Shown here: positions 12,831 to 25,858 of the stretch, piece after piece
Position numbering within the stretch: the first letter of the stretch is position 1
Layout of the letters: the number at the start of each line of letters is the position of its first letter
Source: Lama glama
Lineage: Eukaryota
Assembly: GCA_028534125.1 (NCBI GenBank)
Contig: CM052817.1
Coordinates: 75,642,001 to 75,706,000, forward strand
Direction of reading: 5' to 3'
DNA length: 64,000 nt
The notes under the pieces: generated by a model
Databases searched by the model: none
What the model was told of the DNA's origin: nothing
What the model saw: only the letters and a program-made list of their open reading frames with translations
Program-made: the position numbers and the translations under genes

Positions 12831-14829
12831 ATTTTTTCTTAGAATAGCATTTGTTATATGAAAAGAAAATAGTTCTCAAAATAAATCCTTTCCTAATAAG
12901 TATATATCTTAGATCTTTCTATTTCTCTTTATGTCATCAGAAAAGATTTATAAGATTTTTTTAAAATGCATACCCAAAATGTTGGAATAATTAAAAAATC
13001 ATGGGTTGCAGAACTTTTCAGAAATCATAGAAAAAAACAACGATTGATTTATGGAATAAATTTATAAAAAATAAATAAAGCATAAAGTACATAATTTTCA
13101 GAAACATAAAAAATTGCTAGGTGAGAGACATACCTATGTTCTTAGCAAACATAAATACAGATTTTACCAATATTCTAATAAAGAGAAATGTGTAGAAATG
13201 GTCAGAACAATATTATATCTGCTTGATATTTATAATTTACTCTAGATTTATGCTAAAGTTAATTTCATCCATAGAATAAGAATAGTCTGTGTGGTTAATC
13301 CTAACTATCTAAAACACCCTAAGGTAAATGTACTTTTTCAGTTATGATTTAGAAGAGGTACCAAAACAAGCTGTAACCAGCCCAGTCATGACTATACTTG
13401 TGCAAGGCGCATTTATAAGACACACAAAGAAGCAGCTTTTTGTGTTGCCGTTATTTCTCTTTGCAATGAGAATCCGTAAATGTGTAACTGATCACCTTCA
13501 TTTTTATCAAATGAAAACTAGTTTTTATTACAACAGAAACTCTTATTTTGGAATTTGTTGAAGAAAACCGAAGACCAGTAACAAAAGATTTATAGAAATC
13601 AGCATACATGGCTAATGCTGTGGGGCTGGATTAATTATACCTACTATAAGGAACCAGTTATTTCTAAAGCATAAATGATTAGAAAGCAGAAATAGGTTTA
13701 GATACACATGATTAAACTGTTAATGTATATATTGTTATATATAAAATGACTTGAATGTTATGTTAAGTTACATTGGAATATTAGGTGCCAGAGATAGCAC
13801 CATTATTTTATTCCTTAACAAATTTATAAACTGCAATCCTCTACGTATTCAGGTCATAATTGATTATATTTTCATAAGATGTGGAGTAGGAGCTTTTGAA
13901 CTTCTGTTGAAAATCTGAAGATTCGTGGCTTGGTGCATTTAAAACTGGGAAATTCTGAAAATAATCAAAACCATCTGAAATACTGCAATAGCTGAGGAAA
14001 AGAGAGGCTTAAGAAAATTATAAATTCAGTGTTTATCAGTGTATACTCAAGAACAAACAAAAGTTTTGTAATTTGAAGAAATAATGATATATCATAGGAA
14101 GGAAAAAATAACTTAAAAATGCAAACATTTTGATCACATTCAAAAATTGTTTTAAAATATCATATTGCTTGATTAGTTAATTCCTTTTTATTTACTCAGA
14201 AAGTGACATAACAATTGAGACTACTTTCAAAGTTTAGATGAAGTTAGCATCAAATTTTCCACTTAAATCTTCCACTATTTAAAAATATACTTCAAGTAAT
14301 AAAACCCCTTCTGAAAGAAATAAGGTCAGCATTGGTCTTAGAACATGTTTACTGTCAAGTTTTCTTTTTCCCCTAATATTTTGTTTCTGCAATGTTTAGT
14401 GATTGTTCAGAGATCTACAGTAATAAAAACTGCTGCTTCAAACCTAGAACTGAAGAGAAGCAGAAAACATGAACAATTTACATATAAAAACAGAACAAAA
14501 GACTTTGGGCCACAAGATGTCACTGTAGTTCAAGCAAGACAGTTTTCTTGAAATTAAATAGCAAAGAGAATAGATTGGACTTGATTTATATATTTAATCT
14601 GCTTTTGATTATATTCCAGATATATTTAATAATTGTATATAAAATGAAGATAGAGCAAAGAATATTTTGTACCTGGGGTAATTTCCATCCTGATTTTCTA
14701 GGGGTTCAGTGATGTTAGAGGCAGTAAGTTAGTTCTTTAAATCTTAGGAGACAAGAATTAAAATGAACAATTATCACAAGAACAGATGAGTTGCAGTTTT
14801 TCAACTGTAACTTTTATTTGTATTGAATA

Positions 14830-15035
14830 GTATAATATGCAAAGTGTGAGAGCTGAATTTAGACTGCAGGTGTTCATATCCTTGTGTTTTCCCAACTGCT
14901 CTTAGACTAACCTATCTCATTTAACTGTAAAATGGGAATAATAATCGTAATCATCTCAAAGGGCTCCCATGGTTAAATAAAAATGCCCATATCTAGGCCT
15001 TAATATAATAGTTTTTTAATTGTTATCTGTTATTA
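14830..15035 (+). mobile_element. MIR SINE
   Basis: ctgtaaaatgggaataataatcgtaatcatctcaaaggg core. Confidence 0.6.
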
Positions 15036-15617
15036 GAGAAATACTCAAAAGTATATTGTCCAAACACTTTCTCTTTTTTTCCCATTTTAATGTTTTATTA
15101 TATAGCCTTCAATTCTCAGATATGTAGATTATAAAGACACTATGGCTACAAACTTTACTTTCTTCTTCTCTCTTCCCCAGATTACATATTACTGTGATAA
15201 GTACATTGTAAGAATCAAAAGTTATGCAGTGTTTATTTATAATTCAATTCATGCCTATTCAACAGAAATGTTTAATATGTAACCTGTCAAAAAGCAGAAA
15301 TACAATATTTTACTAACACAGAGTATTGGCTTATAGAAAAATATTTTTGTATTGTTTTTAGAAGTTAATTCAAATATTTAATAAATTAATATTTAAAATA
15401 CCGTCAGTAATGTATTTTAATTCTCATTACGATAAATAGTTGCAGATTTGAAATTTTCAAGCCAACAAAAGAAAATGTAAATTAATCAATTTACATTGAA
15501 ATATACTATTGTTGAATATTCTAAAATCCACCTCTAATTACTTTACAAATTTTTCTTCAAATAAAATAGAATGGAAAAAATACTACATTTTCTCATGAAA
15601 GTTTGCCAAGCTCACTA

Positions 15618-16393
15618 TTTTTTTATTAAGATATAGTCAAGTTTACAATTTTGTTTCAATTTCTGGTGTATGTCATAATGTTTCAGTCGTACATATACAT
15701 ACATATATTCATTTTTATATTCTTTTTCATTAGAGGTTACTACAAGATATTGAATATAGTTGCCTGTGCTATACAATAGGAACTTGTTGTTTATATGTTT
15801 TATATATAGTAGTTAGTATCTGCAAATCTTGAACTCTGATTTTATCCCTTCCCATTGCCTTTCCCCCCTGGTAACCCTGAATTTATTTTCTATGTCTATG
15901 GGTCTTTTTCTGTTTTGTAGAAATGTTCATTTGTGTCTTTTTTTTTTTTTTTTTAGACTCCACATATAAGTGATATCATATGGTATTTTTCCTTTCTCTT
16001 TCTGGTTTATTTAGAATGACAGTCTCTAGGTCCATCCATGTTGCTACAAATGGCATTATTTCATTCCTTTGTGTGGCTGAGTAGTATTCCATTGGATAAA
16101 TATACCATAGCTTCTTTATCCAGTCATCTGTTGATGGACATTTAGGTTGTTTCCACATTTTGGCTATTGTAATAGTACTTCTATGATTGGGGTGCACGTA
16201 TCTGTTTGAATTAGAGTTCCCTCCATATATGTGCCCAGAAGTGGGATTGCTGGATCATAGGGTAAGTCTATTTTTAGTTTTTTAAGGAGTCTCCATTCTG
16301 TTTTCCACAATGGCTGCACCAAACTATATTCCCACCAACAGTGTAGGAGGGTTCCCTTTTCTCCACAGCCTCTCCAGCGTTTGTTTGTGGACT
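15618..16393 (-). mobile_element. Relatively young lineage-specific L1, 5'-truncated (3'UTR plus ORF2 C-terminus)
   Basis: ORFs 16164-16403 ([24 protein letters not shown]...[10 protein letters not shown]) and 15976-16197 (AKMWKQPKCPSTDDWIKKLWYIYPMEYYSA) are L1 ORF2 C-terminus. T-tail at 15618. Degenerate TSD-like caagctcact / caaaagtcact. Confidence 0.95.
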
Positions 16394-16914
16394 CAAAAGT
16401 CACTTTAAATTGAAATTTTATAGATGAAAAATTTCTATTTTTCTAGTGATACACAAGCCAAAAGAGAGTTAATTACCAAGTTGAAGTAATTTACTAATGT
16501 AAGTAAAGTTAGTGAATTGAATGAGTGTTAAATAATAAAATGTATTCTTGGTCTTATCTAAAATGTCTATTTTAGCAAAATTTTGTGTTTACAATTCTGA
16601 ATATTTAATCTCATATAAATGAAAATATAAGAAATCCAAACTTAATGGATTTTATCAATATTCCACCTAATTATACAAAGAATATGGTTCATTGAAATAA
16701 TAAAAATATTCCTATGTAAAATGGTGACAACATAATAACAGATGTAGGCAAATATACTGGAGAAATTTCATTTGTAATAAAACAAAAATATAAACAGAAA
16801 TATAAATAGATATAAAAAATAAAGTCCACATCAAAAATATACATATGTGAAGAACATGGTTCTTAAAGGTCATCCTAATATTATTGAGACATCAGTATGA
16901 ATCTTAAAAAGTAG

Positions 16915-17110
16915 TAATAAAAATTATAGCTAATATTTGGTAAGCCATTTTTTGTGTGTGTACCAAACGAAGTGCAAAGCATGTTATATTATCTCAATTG
17001 ATTCTCAAAAGAATCCTATAAAGTGGATGTTATTATTGTCTTCATTTTATAGATAAAGTAATTTATCAGAGATAATAAATAATTTGCTAAGGATTACTCA
17101 GCTACCAACT
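16915..17110 (-). mobile_element. MIR SINE
   Basis: atagctaatatttgg...aatcctataaagtggatgttattattgtcttcattttatagataa...aatttgctaagg. Confidence 0.7.
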
Positions 17111-17327
17111 GAAAAACAAAACACCATACATGCTACATCAAAACCTACATTATCATTTCTGGTAATTAATCCAAGGGATGATTTCCTCAAGGCAATCATT
17201 TAAGGCCTAAAAACTCAACAGTGAAAAAAGACAGTGTAGTATGATCATAGTTTCCATAGTAGTAAATATGAAATTGTCATAAATAGCTGCTTAAATTGAT
17301 TTAATACGTTGACTACACCAGTATAAA

Positions 17328-17328
<1 letters not shown>

Positions 17329-17368
<40 letters not shown>
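17329..17368. repeat. Compound microsatellite (TG)12(TA)8
   Basis: Read directly. Confidence 0.95.
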
Positions 17369-17369
<1 letters not shown>

Positions 17370-18329
17370 GCTTCTGTTTTCAGTGCAAACTATTACAGGT
17401 ATATAATGGTAGATACAAAAAGATGTATAGTAATTTATACACTCATATACTTTACTATTTCATGAATTAATTTTCAGGTTAAAATTACTTTTGAGAAACA
17501 ATTATATTCTATGAGATAGATTTTTTGAATCTTGTGAAATGGTACACATATGCCATTTTTGATGCCTAATTTTATTAATGCACATCTTCTCTGTCCAGTG
17601 CAGTTAGGTGTGTTATAAATATTACTATGTTTAACATCTCTTTCCTGATTTTTCCCTACCTCAATTTTACTCTCACCAAACCCCTATGTAGTAGAATGAA
17701 TGTGTCATATTTACACTAGTTTCATGAATTAGAGTCTTCAGAACCTAATAATCTGTCCATGCTTACATGGCAAAGGAAGACAGAGATCAGAAGAATGATG
17801 GGATATCAAGAGGAGGAGGTCTGAAACAAGAAATGTTAACATCCATTTATTGTAATGTGAATTCCACAAGTCAGTGATCACACACAGGCATATGTACAAC
17901 ACACACACGCACATACACCCATACCTGCCAAGAAGCAATTTCATGCCTTGGTCTTAAAGTTGAGTGAACAGTCAATCATAAACTGATACATGAAGGACCC
18001 ACCTTGGGACATAGAAGCTAAACAGACAGACCAAGGATATGATCTAAATGATCATCATCTAGCACATACTTGTTCTATTTTCAGATGACCAACTTCAGTC
18101 AAGAGAAATTTTTAGTGCTTAAAAATGTTCCAAGTGATGCTTTTAGACCAACCTCAGCATTAGTTTCAAGACCACAGTTGAAATACTGTGACTCTGAGTT
18201 CCTGCCTCAGGAGTTTCTAGGTTGAAGCGTGAACCGAGTTTCCTAGGAGTTAAAAGGTCAAATGTGAGACAGAAGAGATGAAGCCAGATGTTTCCCAGTT
18301 AAAGATTCTTTTCCCCTGGGCAAGTTCTT

Positions 18330-18520
18330 CTTTAACGCAAGCTAGCTGGATGGCCCTGAGTATATTATTTAACGGTTTCAGCTACATACCTTTCATTTCC
18401 AAAATGAGGATACAAAATTTACTTTGTTGGGTTCTTATATGGATTTACCAGCTAATATATGTGAAGTATAGAATACAGTTCTTAATATAAAAAGTTGCTC
18501 CCTACATGGTAGTATAAATA
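18330..18520 (+). mobile_element. MIR SINE
   Basis: gctagctggatggccctgagtatattatttaac...tcatttccaaaatgaggata...aatatatgtgaagt. Confidence 0.55.
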
Positions 18521-19145
18521 ATAGGCTACTGTTTGAATTATTTTACCCGACTATATGTTCAGAATGTAGTGCTTCACAATACATTAATAAGTATCAAGAA
18601 TGTCTTGACATTTTCTTCATCTATTGTACAAAATTCTCAATTAAATTCCTATGTCTCAAGAGTAAAGTGTAATAAAGTGGAGGGGTGGAGCTACATTTAT
18701 CTCCCTGCTTACATTTTTAAAATAATTAGAAAATTAGCCAGATGCATGTGGATGTAGTCTTATGAAAATGCTTAACAACAAAAACATACACATGCAACAA
18801 ATGTTGAAAACTCTATAGGAATCTCCTGAAGGAAAATATGTAGCAGACATTTAGAGACTATGTGACCTATAAAAAATATATTGGAATCAGCGTAAGAAAG
18901 GATCATTTTTTTTCTTTTTATATTTCATCCCTTGAACGAGCAGCTGTTTTTCTTTATATTCTTGTATTAGGCTTTCACTTTATTTATTGTCATTCATAAT
19001 GCCTGCACTTCCAATTTCACTGTAAGAATGAAAAATCACCCCAGAACAGGTAACATATTTTATAATATTGTTTACCGTCTTTTTAAAACGTGAGCCTTGT
19101 GTTTCAACATAGCAACACCTAGTAATAGTTACAGTAAATATAGTA

Positions 19146-19600
19146 TAGTAAAGAAAAGGAAGATATTTCTGTGTATTAATGTTGTATCCTGCAACTTTAC
19201 TGAATTCATTTGTTAGTTCTAATAGCTTTTATTTTCATGAAGATTTTAGGGTTTTCTATATAGTATTATGTCATCTGCACATAGTGACAGTTTTACTTCT
19301 TCAGTCCAATTTGGATGCCTTTTCTTTGTTTTTGCTGTCTGATTGCTCTGGCTATGACTTCCAATACTGTCTTTGCATTCCAGTACAAATAGGAGTAGGA
19401 AGAGTAGGCATCCTTGACCTGGTTGTTCTCTCCCCTTCCTACCTGATTTCATGTGTATCTTTTTTACAGGCTTGGTTTTACAAGAGTCTGTCTGTCTGTA
19501 GTGTGTTTTCAGTGAGAATTGCTCCACAGGTATTTTTGATGTGTTCATTGCAGGAGGTGAGTTCTGAGTCCTCCTACTCAGCCATCTTGATCTCCCCTCT
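19146..19600 (-). mobile_element. Internally deleted L1: ~180 bp 5' end fused to an ORF2 RT segment, no 3' end
   Basis: L1 5' terminus with YY1 site (GCCATCTTG 19581-19589). ORF 19246-19548 contains QGCLL and EEVKLSLCADDIILY (cf. QGCPL and FADDMILY). Junction at ~19416/19417. Confidence 0.85.
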
Positions 19601-19974
19601 CTCTCTCATAATATTTTGTATCAGGTAACTAACTGATTTTAAAATATTTTAATATTAGTCCTTTATTAGAAACCAGAAAAGGTCTAAATGTTTTAAAAAT
19701 GCAACCAAAAAAAAAATTACTGGTGTTTAATGTGTGTATCTCAATGAACTACCCTACTCATTCTTCAGTGATATATCATTTATTCTCCTAGTATTCCTAC
19801 TTAAGACAAATTTATTTGAATTCTTTCAATGAAAGTAGATGCTTTCTAAAGAATTTAGAAAGAAGGGGAAAAAAATACTAAGTCATCTGAGTACAAGTTC
19901 CATGACCATTTAAACACATCCTGAGCTAGAAATAGAAACTCTTCAAAAGGAGTGTAATAGGTCCTTAGGTTCTT

Positions 19975-19987
19975 GGGGGGGGGGGGG
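19975..19987 (+). repeat. Poly-G13 run
   Basis: Read directly. Confidence 0.95.
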
Positions 19988-22900
19988 CTAATAAAGCTGA
20001 ACAATGATTCACCATGATTGTGTTCTTCCTATCAGAGAAAATAAATCTTTAATAGAGATAAAAATGGAAAGGCTGTAAGAGTTTATGATTTTAATTACAA
20101 GGTAGAATTTTAGAACAATTTCAGATTTACAGAATTGAGCAGGTGACATGTACCCTACCTCTCCTGCATAGAATTTCCTGTTATTAGCATCTTGTATTAG
20201 TGTGATGCATCTGAGCCAATACTGATAAATTATGATTAACTAAATCCCATAGTTTTCATTAAAGTTCACTCTTTGTGTTGTACAGTTCTTTGGGTTTTGA
20301 CAAATGTGTAATGTCATGTATTCACCATTGTGATATCATAATGAATAGTTTTTACATCCTAAGAATCCCCTGGGCTTTCCCAACTCATCTCTCCTCCTCC
20401 TCCAGTCCCTAAAAATCGCAGATCTGTTTGCTGTTTCCATACTTTTGCCCTGTCCCAAATGTCATATAGTTGGAATTACATGGTACGTGGCTATTTCAGA
20501 CAGGCTTCTTCCACATTCATGTTTTATTCCTATATGTCTTTTTGTGGCTTAAGATCATATTTATTTTTGCCGCTAACAATCCACTGTATAGATCTGCAAC
20601 AGTTTAACATCTACCTATTGAAGGGCATTTGGTTGCTTCCAGTTTTTGGCAGTTATGAATAAAGCTGGTATAACTATCCAAGAGCAGACATTTGTGTGGA
20701 AATAAGTTTTCAAGGTAATTGGGTAAATCCTAGGAATGTGACTGCTGGATTATATGGTAAGAGAACATTTCTGTAAGAAACTGCCAAATTGTCTGCAGCA
20801 TGGCTGTACAATTTTGCATTTCCAGCAGCAGCAATTGAGAACTCCTATTGCTCAGTATCTTCCCTAGTATTTTGCTTGGTCAGGTTTTTGGATTTTAGTG
20901 ATTTCAATTTTTATATAGTAGTATTACAGTATTATTCTGATTTTTAATTTCCTAATGGCATAACATATTAATCACCTTTCATACACTTACTTGTTATCTT
21001 TATCTTTTTAGTGAAATATGTTTGGTTTTTTTTTTTTTACTAATTTAATTGGATTGTTTGTTTTCTTATTGTTGAGTTTTAAGAATTCTTTGTATGTTTT
21101 AGATAGAAAGTTCTTTATCAGAAGAGTCTTTGGAAAATATTTCATCCCAGACTCTGGCTTGTCTTCTAATTCTCTTGATATTGTCTTGGCAAAGCAAAGG
21201 TTTTAAATTTTAATTAAGTCCAACTTATCAATTATTTCTTTTATAGATAATGTATTAGGTGTTAGGTTTAAAAACTCATCAGCAACCTAAGGTTATCTAG
21301 ATTTTCTCCTATAGTATCTTCTAGAAGCTTTGTAATTTTGCATTTTAGAAATTGATCCATTTTGAGCTCATTTTTTATGAAAGTAGTAAGTTTTGTGTCT
21401 AGATTTTTTTTTTTTTGCATGTACATGTCCAATTGCTCTGTCATCATTTGTTGAAGACTGCCCCCTCTCCTTGAATTGCCCTTGCTTCTTTGTCAAAGAT
21501 CAGTTGACTGTATTTGTGTGGGCCTGTTTCTAGGCTCTCCATTCTGTTCAATTAATCTCTTATTTTGTAATAGATTTTGTATTTTGTAATGGTTCTCATT
21601 ACTGTAGCTTGATAATAAACATTAAAGTGAAAGAGTGTCAATCCTCTGTTCTTATTCAGGACTGTGTTGAGTATCATTTGTGTCTTTCACTATTTCATAC
21701 AAAACTGAGAATGAATTTGTAGAATCTACAAAACAGTTTTCAGGAATTTGGAATGGTACTAGGTTGAGTCTACAGACCAAACTGAGAAGAACTGACATCT
21801 TAACTGAGTAAATCTTCCTGTCCTTGAACATGGAACATCTCTTTATTTACTCAGATCATTTTTAATTTCTTTCATCAGAGTTTTGTAGTTTTTCTCATAT
21901 AGATCCTATATATATATATATATAGTTAGATTTATACCTAAGTATGTCACTTTTTTGGTCTTTTGTATTTACTGTGTTTTAAATTTCAAATTCCAGTTGT
22001 TCATCACAAGATTATATGAAAGTAATTGATATTTGTATATCAATTTGTATTCTGCATTTTGTTATAATACCTTATTAGATCCAGGGGATTTTTTAATTGA
22101 GCCTTTGGAATTTTCTGTATAAACAATTACGCCATCTGGGAACAAAGACAGTTTTATTTCCTCCTTCCCAATCCCTTATTTCCTTTCATAGTTTTACTGC
22201 ATATGCCAGGAATTCCAGTCACTAGGAGTTGTAAGAGGGTTTGCCTTACCTCTGATCTTAGGGAGAAGGCATCTAGTTTCTCACCATTAGTTATCTTTTT
22301 TGTCTTGTTTTGTGTTTTGGAGATATTGTTTTTATCAAGTTGAGGAATTTTCACTCTGTTCCTTAATTTGCCGAGAGTTTCTGTTGTAAATGGGTATCGG
22401 ATGATTTTTCTGCATCTATTGATATTTTCAAATATTTTTTCTTCTTTAGCATTTTTATTCTTTAATGCTCACAGGATCAATAGAAATGACTGTTCTTTCA
22501 TTTCCAATATGAAAAGTTTATGTCTCCTTTTTTTCTTTTCCATGGTTTGTATGGCTAGAGGTCCATCAAATATATTAATCTTTTCAAGGTATCAGCTTTG
22601 GTTTTATTGACTGTGTTATTGATTTTCTTTTTTCAATTTCATTGATTTCTGTTGTAATTTTAGTTTGTTTTCTATTTGCTTTGAATTTAAATTTCCCTTA
22701 TTTCTCTTGTTTGTAAGGTTAAGGTTTAGATTATTGATTTTCGATCATCTTTTCTGATATGTGCATTCAGTGCTACAAATGTCTCCTAAGAATGTCTTTG
22801 TTCCATGTGTTATTTAGAAAATTGTTGTTTAATCTCCACATTGTATTTTTTATCTCTCTTTCTGTTACTGATCTCTAGTTGAATTCTACTGTGGTCTGAG

Positions 22901-24965
22901 AGCATATACTTTATAATATCTATTCTTTTTAATTTGATAAAGTTTATTTTATAACCCACATGTAATTTATCTTGGTAAATATCTCATGTGAACTTGAGAA
23001 GTATATGTATTCTGCATTTCTTAGGTGGTAATATCAAATTTAGATACAAATTTAGATACAAATATCAATTAGATCCAGTTGGTCAAAGGTACTGTTCAAT
23101 TCAACTCTGTCTTTGTGGATTTTATGCCTGCTTTATCTGTTAATTACTGAGAGAGGGATGTTGAAATCTTCAACTATTACAGAAAATTTGTCTGTTCCTC
23201 CTTGCATTTCTGGCAGTTTTTGCCTAAGATTTAAAGTGATTATTGATAAAGTTGTATTAATACCTATAACATTTATAATATTTTCTATTCATCGTACTTG
23301 TTCTTTTGTTTTCTTTTTCTTTTTAATTTCCTCTCTTTTACTGCCTTCTCTGGATTTTAGCATTTTGTACTGTTCCATTTTTTTCTCCCTCTTAGCATAT
23401 CAAATACACATTGTTTAAAAACATTTTTAGTAGTTACTCTAGAGTTTGCAATATACATCCAAGATAATCGAAGTTCACTTTTATGTAACATTAAACCACT
23501 TCATGGATAGTACAGGTATCTTATAACAGTATTCCCAATTCCTCTCTCCATTCCTTGCAACAATGCTATCATTCACTTCACTATTCTGAAAGCTATAATC
23601 ACTAAATACATTGTTGCTACTATTTCTTTGAGCAGTTATTTATTACATCAATTATAATTACAAAAATAAGATTTTATTTTACCTTCATTTATTCCTTTTC
23701 TAATGCTCTTCCTTTCTTTATGTATGCCCAGTTTTCTCACCTATGTCATTTTTCTTCTTTAAATAATTTATTTGCTGTTTCCTACAAGAGAGGTCTTGTG
23801 GAGAAAAATTCTCTCTGTTTTAATTTGTCTGAAAAACTCTTTAATGTCCTTCACTTTTGAAATAATTTCACTGGAAACAGAATTCTGTGTTAGGACATTA
23901 GTGGGTTTTTTATTAGTTTGTTTCAACATTTTAAAAATTTCACTCCATTTCCATTTTGTGTGGTTTCTGAATAGAAGCCCAATGTTATTCTTCTCCTTGT
24001 TCTTCTATAATTTAGGGTGTGTTTGTTCCCTGCCTCACTACCTGTGTTCTTCAAAAATTTTTATTTGACTTTGGGTTTCTACAAGTTCAATATGATATGC
24101 ATAGGTGTAAGCATTTTGTTTATCCTACTTGATATTTCCTGAGGTTCCTGAATCTGTGTTCCGATTTTGGACAATTTTTGGTCGTGATTACTTTGAATAT
24201 TTCTTCTATCCCTTTTTTCCTCTCTCCTTCTGTTATTCCCAATATGCATATGGTATGCTTTTGGTAATTGTCCCACAGTTCTCAATATTCTCTTCATTAT
24301 TTCTGTTCTTTTTTCTCTTTGCATTTCAGTTGGGAAGTTATATTTGGGATGTTTTCAGGCTGACTGATTGTTTCCTCAGTCATGTCCAATCAACTAAGAG
24401 CTCATCAAAGGCATTCTTTATTTTTGTTAGTGTTCTTGATTTCTAGTGTCTCCTTTTGATTTGTTTTAAGATTCCCATCGGTCTGCTTCCATTACCTATC
24501 TGTTCTTACATGTTGTTTACTGTTTCCATTATACTGCTGAACATATTAATTACTTTCTATCTTAAATTCCCTATCTGATAGTTTAAAGATCTGTGTCCTG
24601 TCTGAGTTGGTCCAATACATGTTTTGTTTCTTAAGACTATTTTTATTCTTGTCTTTTAGCATGCCTAGTACTTTTTGTTGTTGTTGAACACTGGGTATAA
24701 TGTATCTGGTGCTAGGACTTGAAGTAATCAGGGTTTAGGTGTGAAGTTTTATGTCAATCTGGCTAGGATTGGATGGTGTTTAAAATTTGCTGAAGCTGTA
24801 GCTGCTAAAGACTTTAGTTTTCCATTGTTTTCTTCCTTGTTTGCTTTCTGCCTTTGCTTTAGGTTTCCTGAAGAACTCCTCCTTAGATAGAGTCTGTGTG
24901 TTACAGCTCTCTCAGTTATATTGAACTTTTAAAGTCCTGTTGATGCTGTATTAAGGTGTTGGAGA

Positions 24966-25417
24966 TGTCGACTGAAATAAATGTGCGGCCTTAAAGTTGA
25001 GAGTTACATTTCATTTGGCGGGAAGACTCGAGCCAGGATGACAGTCTCTCAGCTCACTCTGTGACTGCTCCAGAAAGTTAGGGGAGGAGCTAGGATATAC
25101 TGGAGCTTTACAGCAAAGACCAGGTAGTTGGAACAATAGATTACTTGTTATTGAAAAGAAACCAGACATCTCAAGTTAAAGAATTTAGTGCTTTTCTATG
25201 TATGGGAGGAAGCAAACATTTAGGCTCATTGAATTCATTCCTTTGACAAGCATCTAGCTATCTGGGGCTGGTATCTTTTCCTTTCTTATTCTGAGTCCCC
25301 TCAGGGTGCCCCATTGTGAGTGGCTACAGAGACTGGGCTGCAGGCTTATCTTTACTAGGCAGCTGCTGATGACTTGATGGTTTCAGCATTCTTTGTTTAC
25401 TGATATGGTTTGCACCA
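24966..25417 (-). mobile_element. ERV1-class solo LTR (cetartiodactyl-type), inserted in the L1 5'UTR
   Basis: Starts TG (tgtcgactgaaat...aaagttgagagtta); contains accagacatctcaagttaaagaatttagtgcttttctatgtatggga. L1 sequence resumes afterwards. GGAGA on both sides (24961-24965, 25421-25425) is a possible TSD. Confidence 0.8.
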
Positions 25418-25858
25418 AGGGGAGAAACATTCTATAACCTTATGATTAAACTTCAGGGGTTTTTTCCAGTGAGCTTGAGTCCTTGGGCTGATACTCAAAA
25501 ATGTTTCTTGGCCTTTTTTTACCCCCTGAGTATGACTGGAAGGCTAGAGGGAGTTGGAGTTTCCACTGGCCCTTTTGCAAGGTTAGATGAGTCTCAGGTA
25601 AAGTAGATTTCCTTGAGGGCAAGCCTTTGTTATGGAGAATGTTACGAGCATATTTTAAAATGGTTACTTTCCTGCCCTTTCTCCTTGAAACACACAGGAA
25701 TTTTTCTCCATTCTCAACCAGGAGAACCTTGCAAGGCTCCTGGGAGTAAAACTCATGAAAGTGTTGGGGCTCCCTAATGCTTGCCCCAGAAATTTTTAAT
25801 TCTCAAGGTAGTCCTCAGCCTGCAGCACACTTAGCCTCCAGCAGTCTGTCAATAGTTT

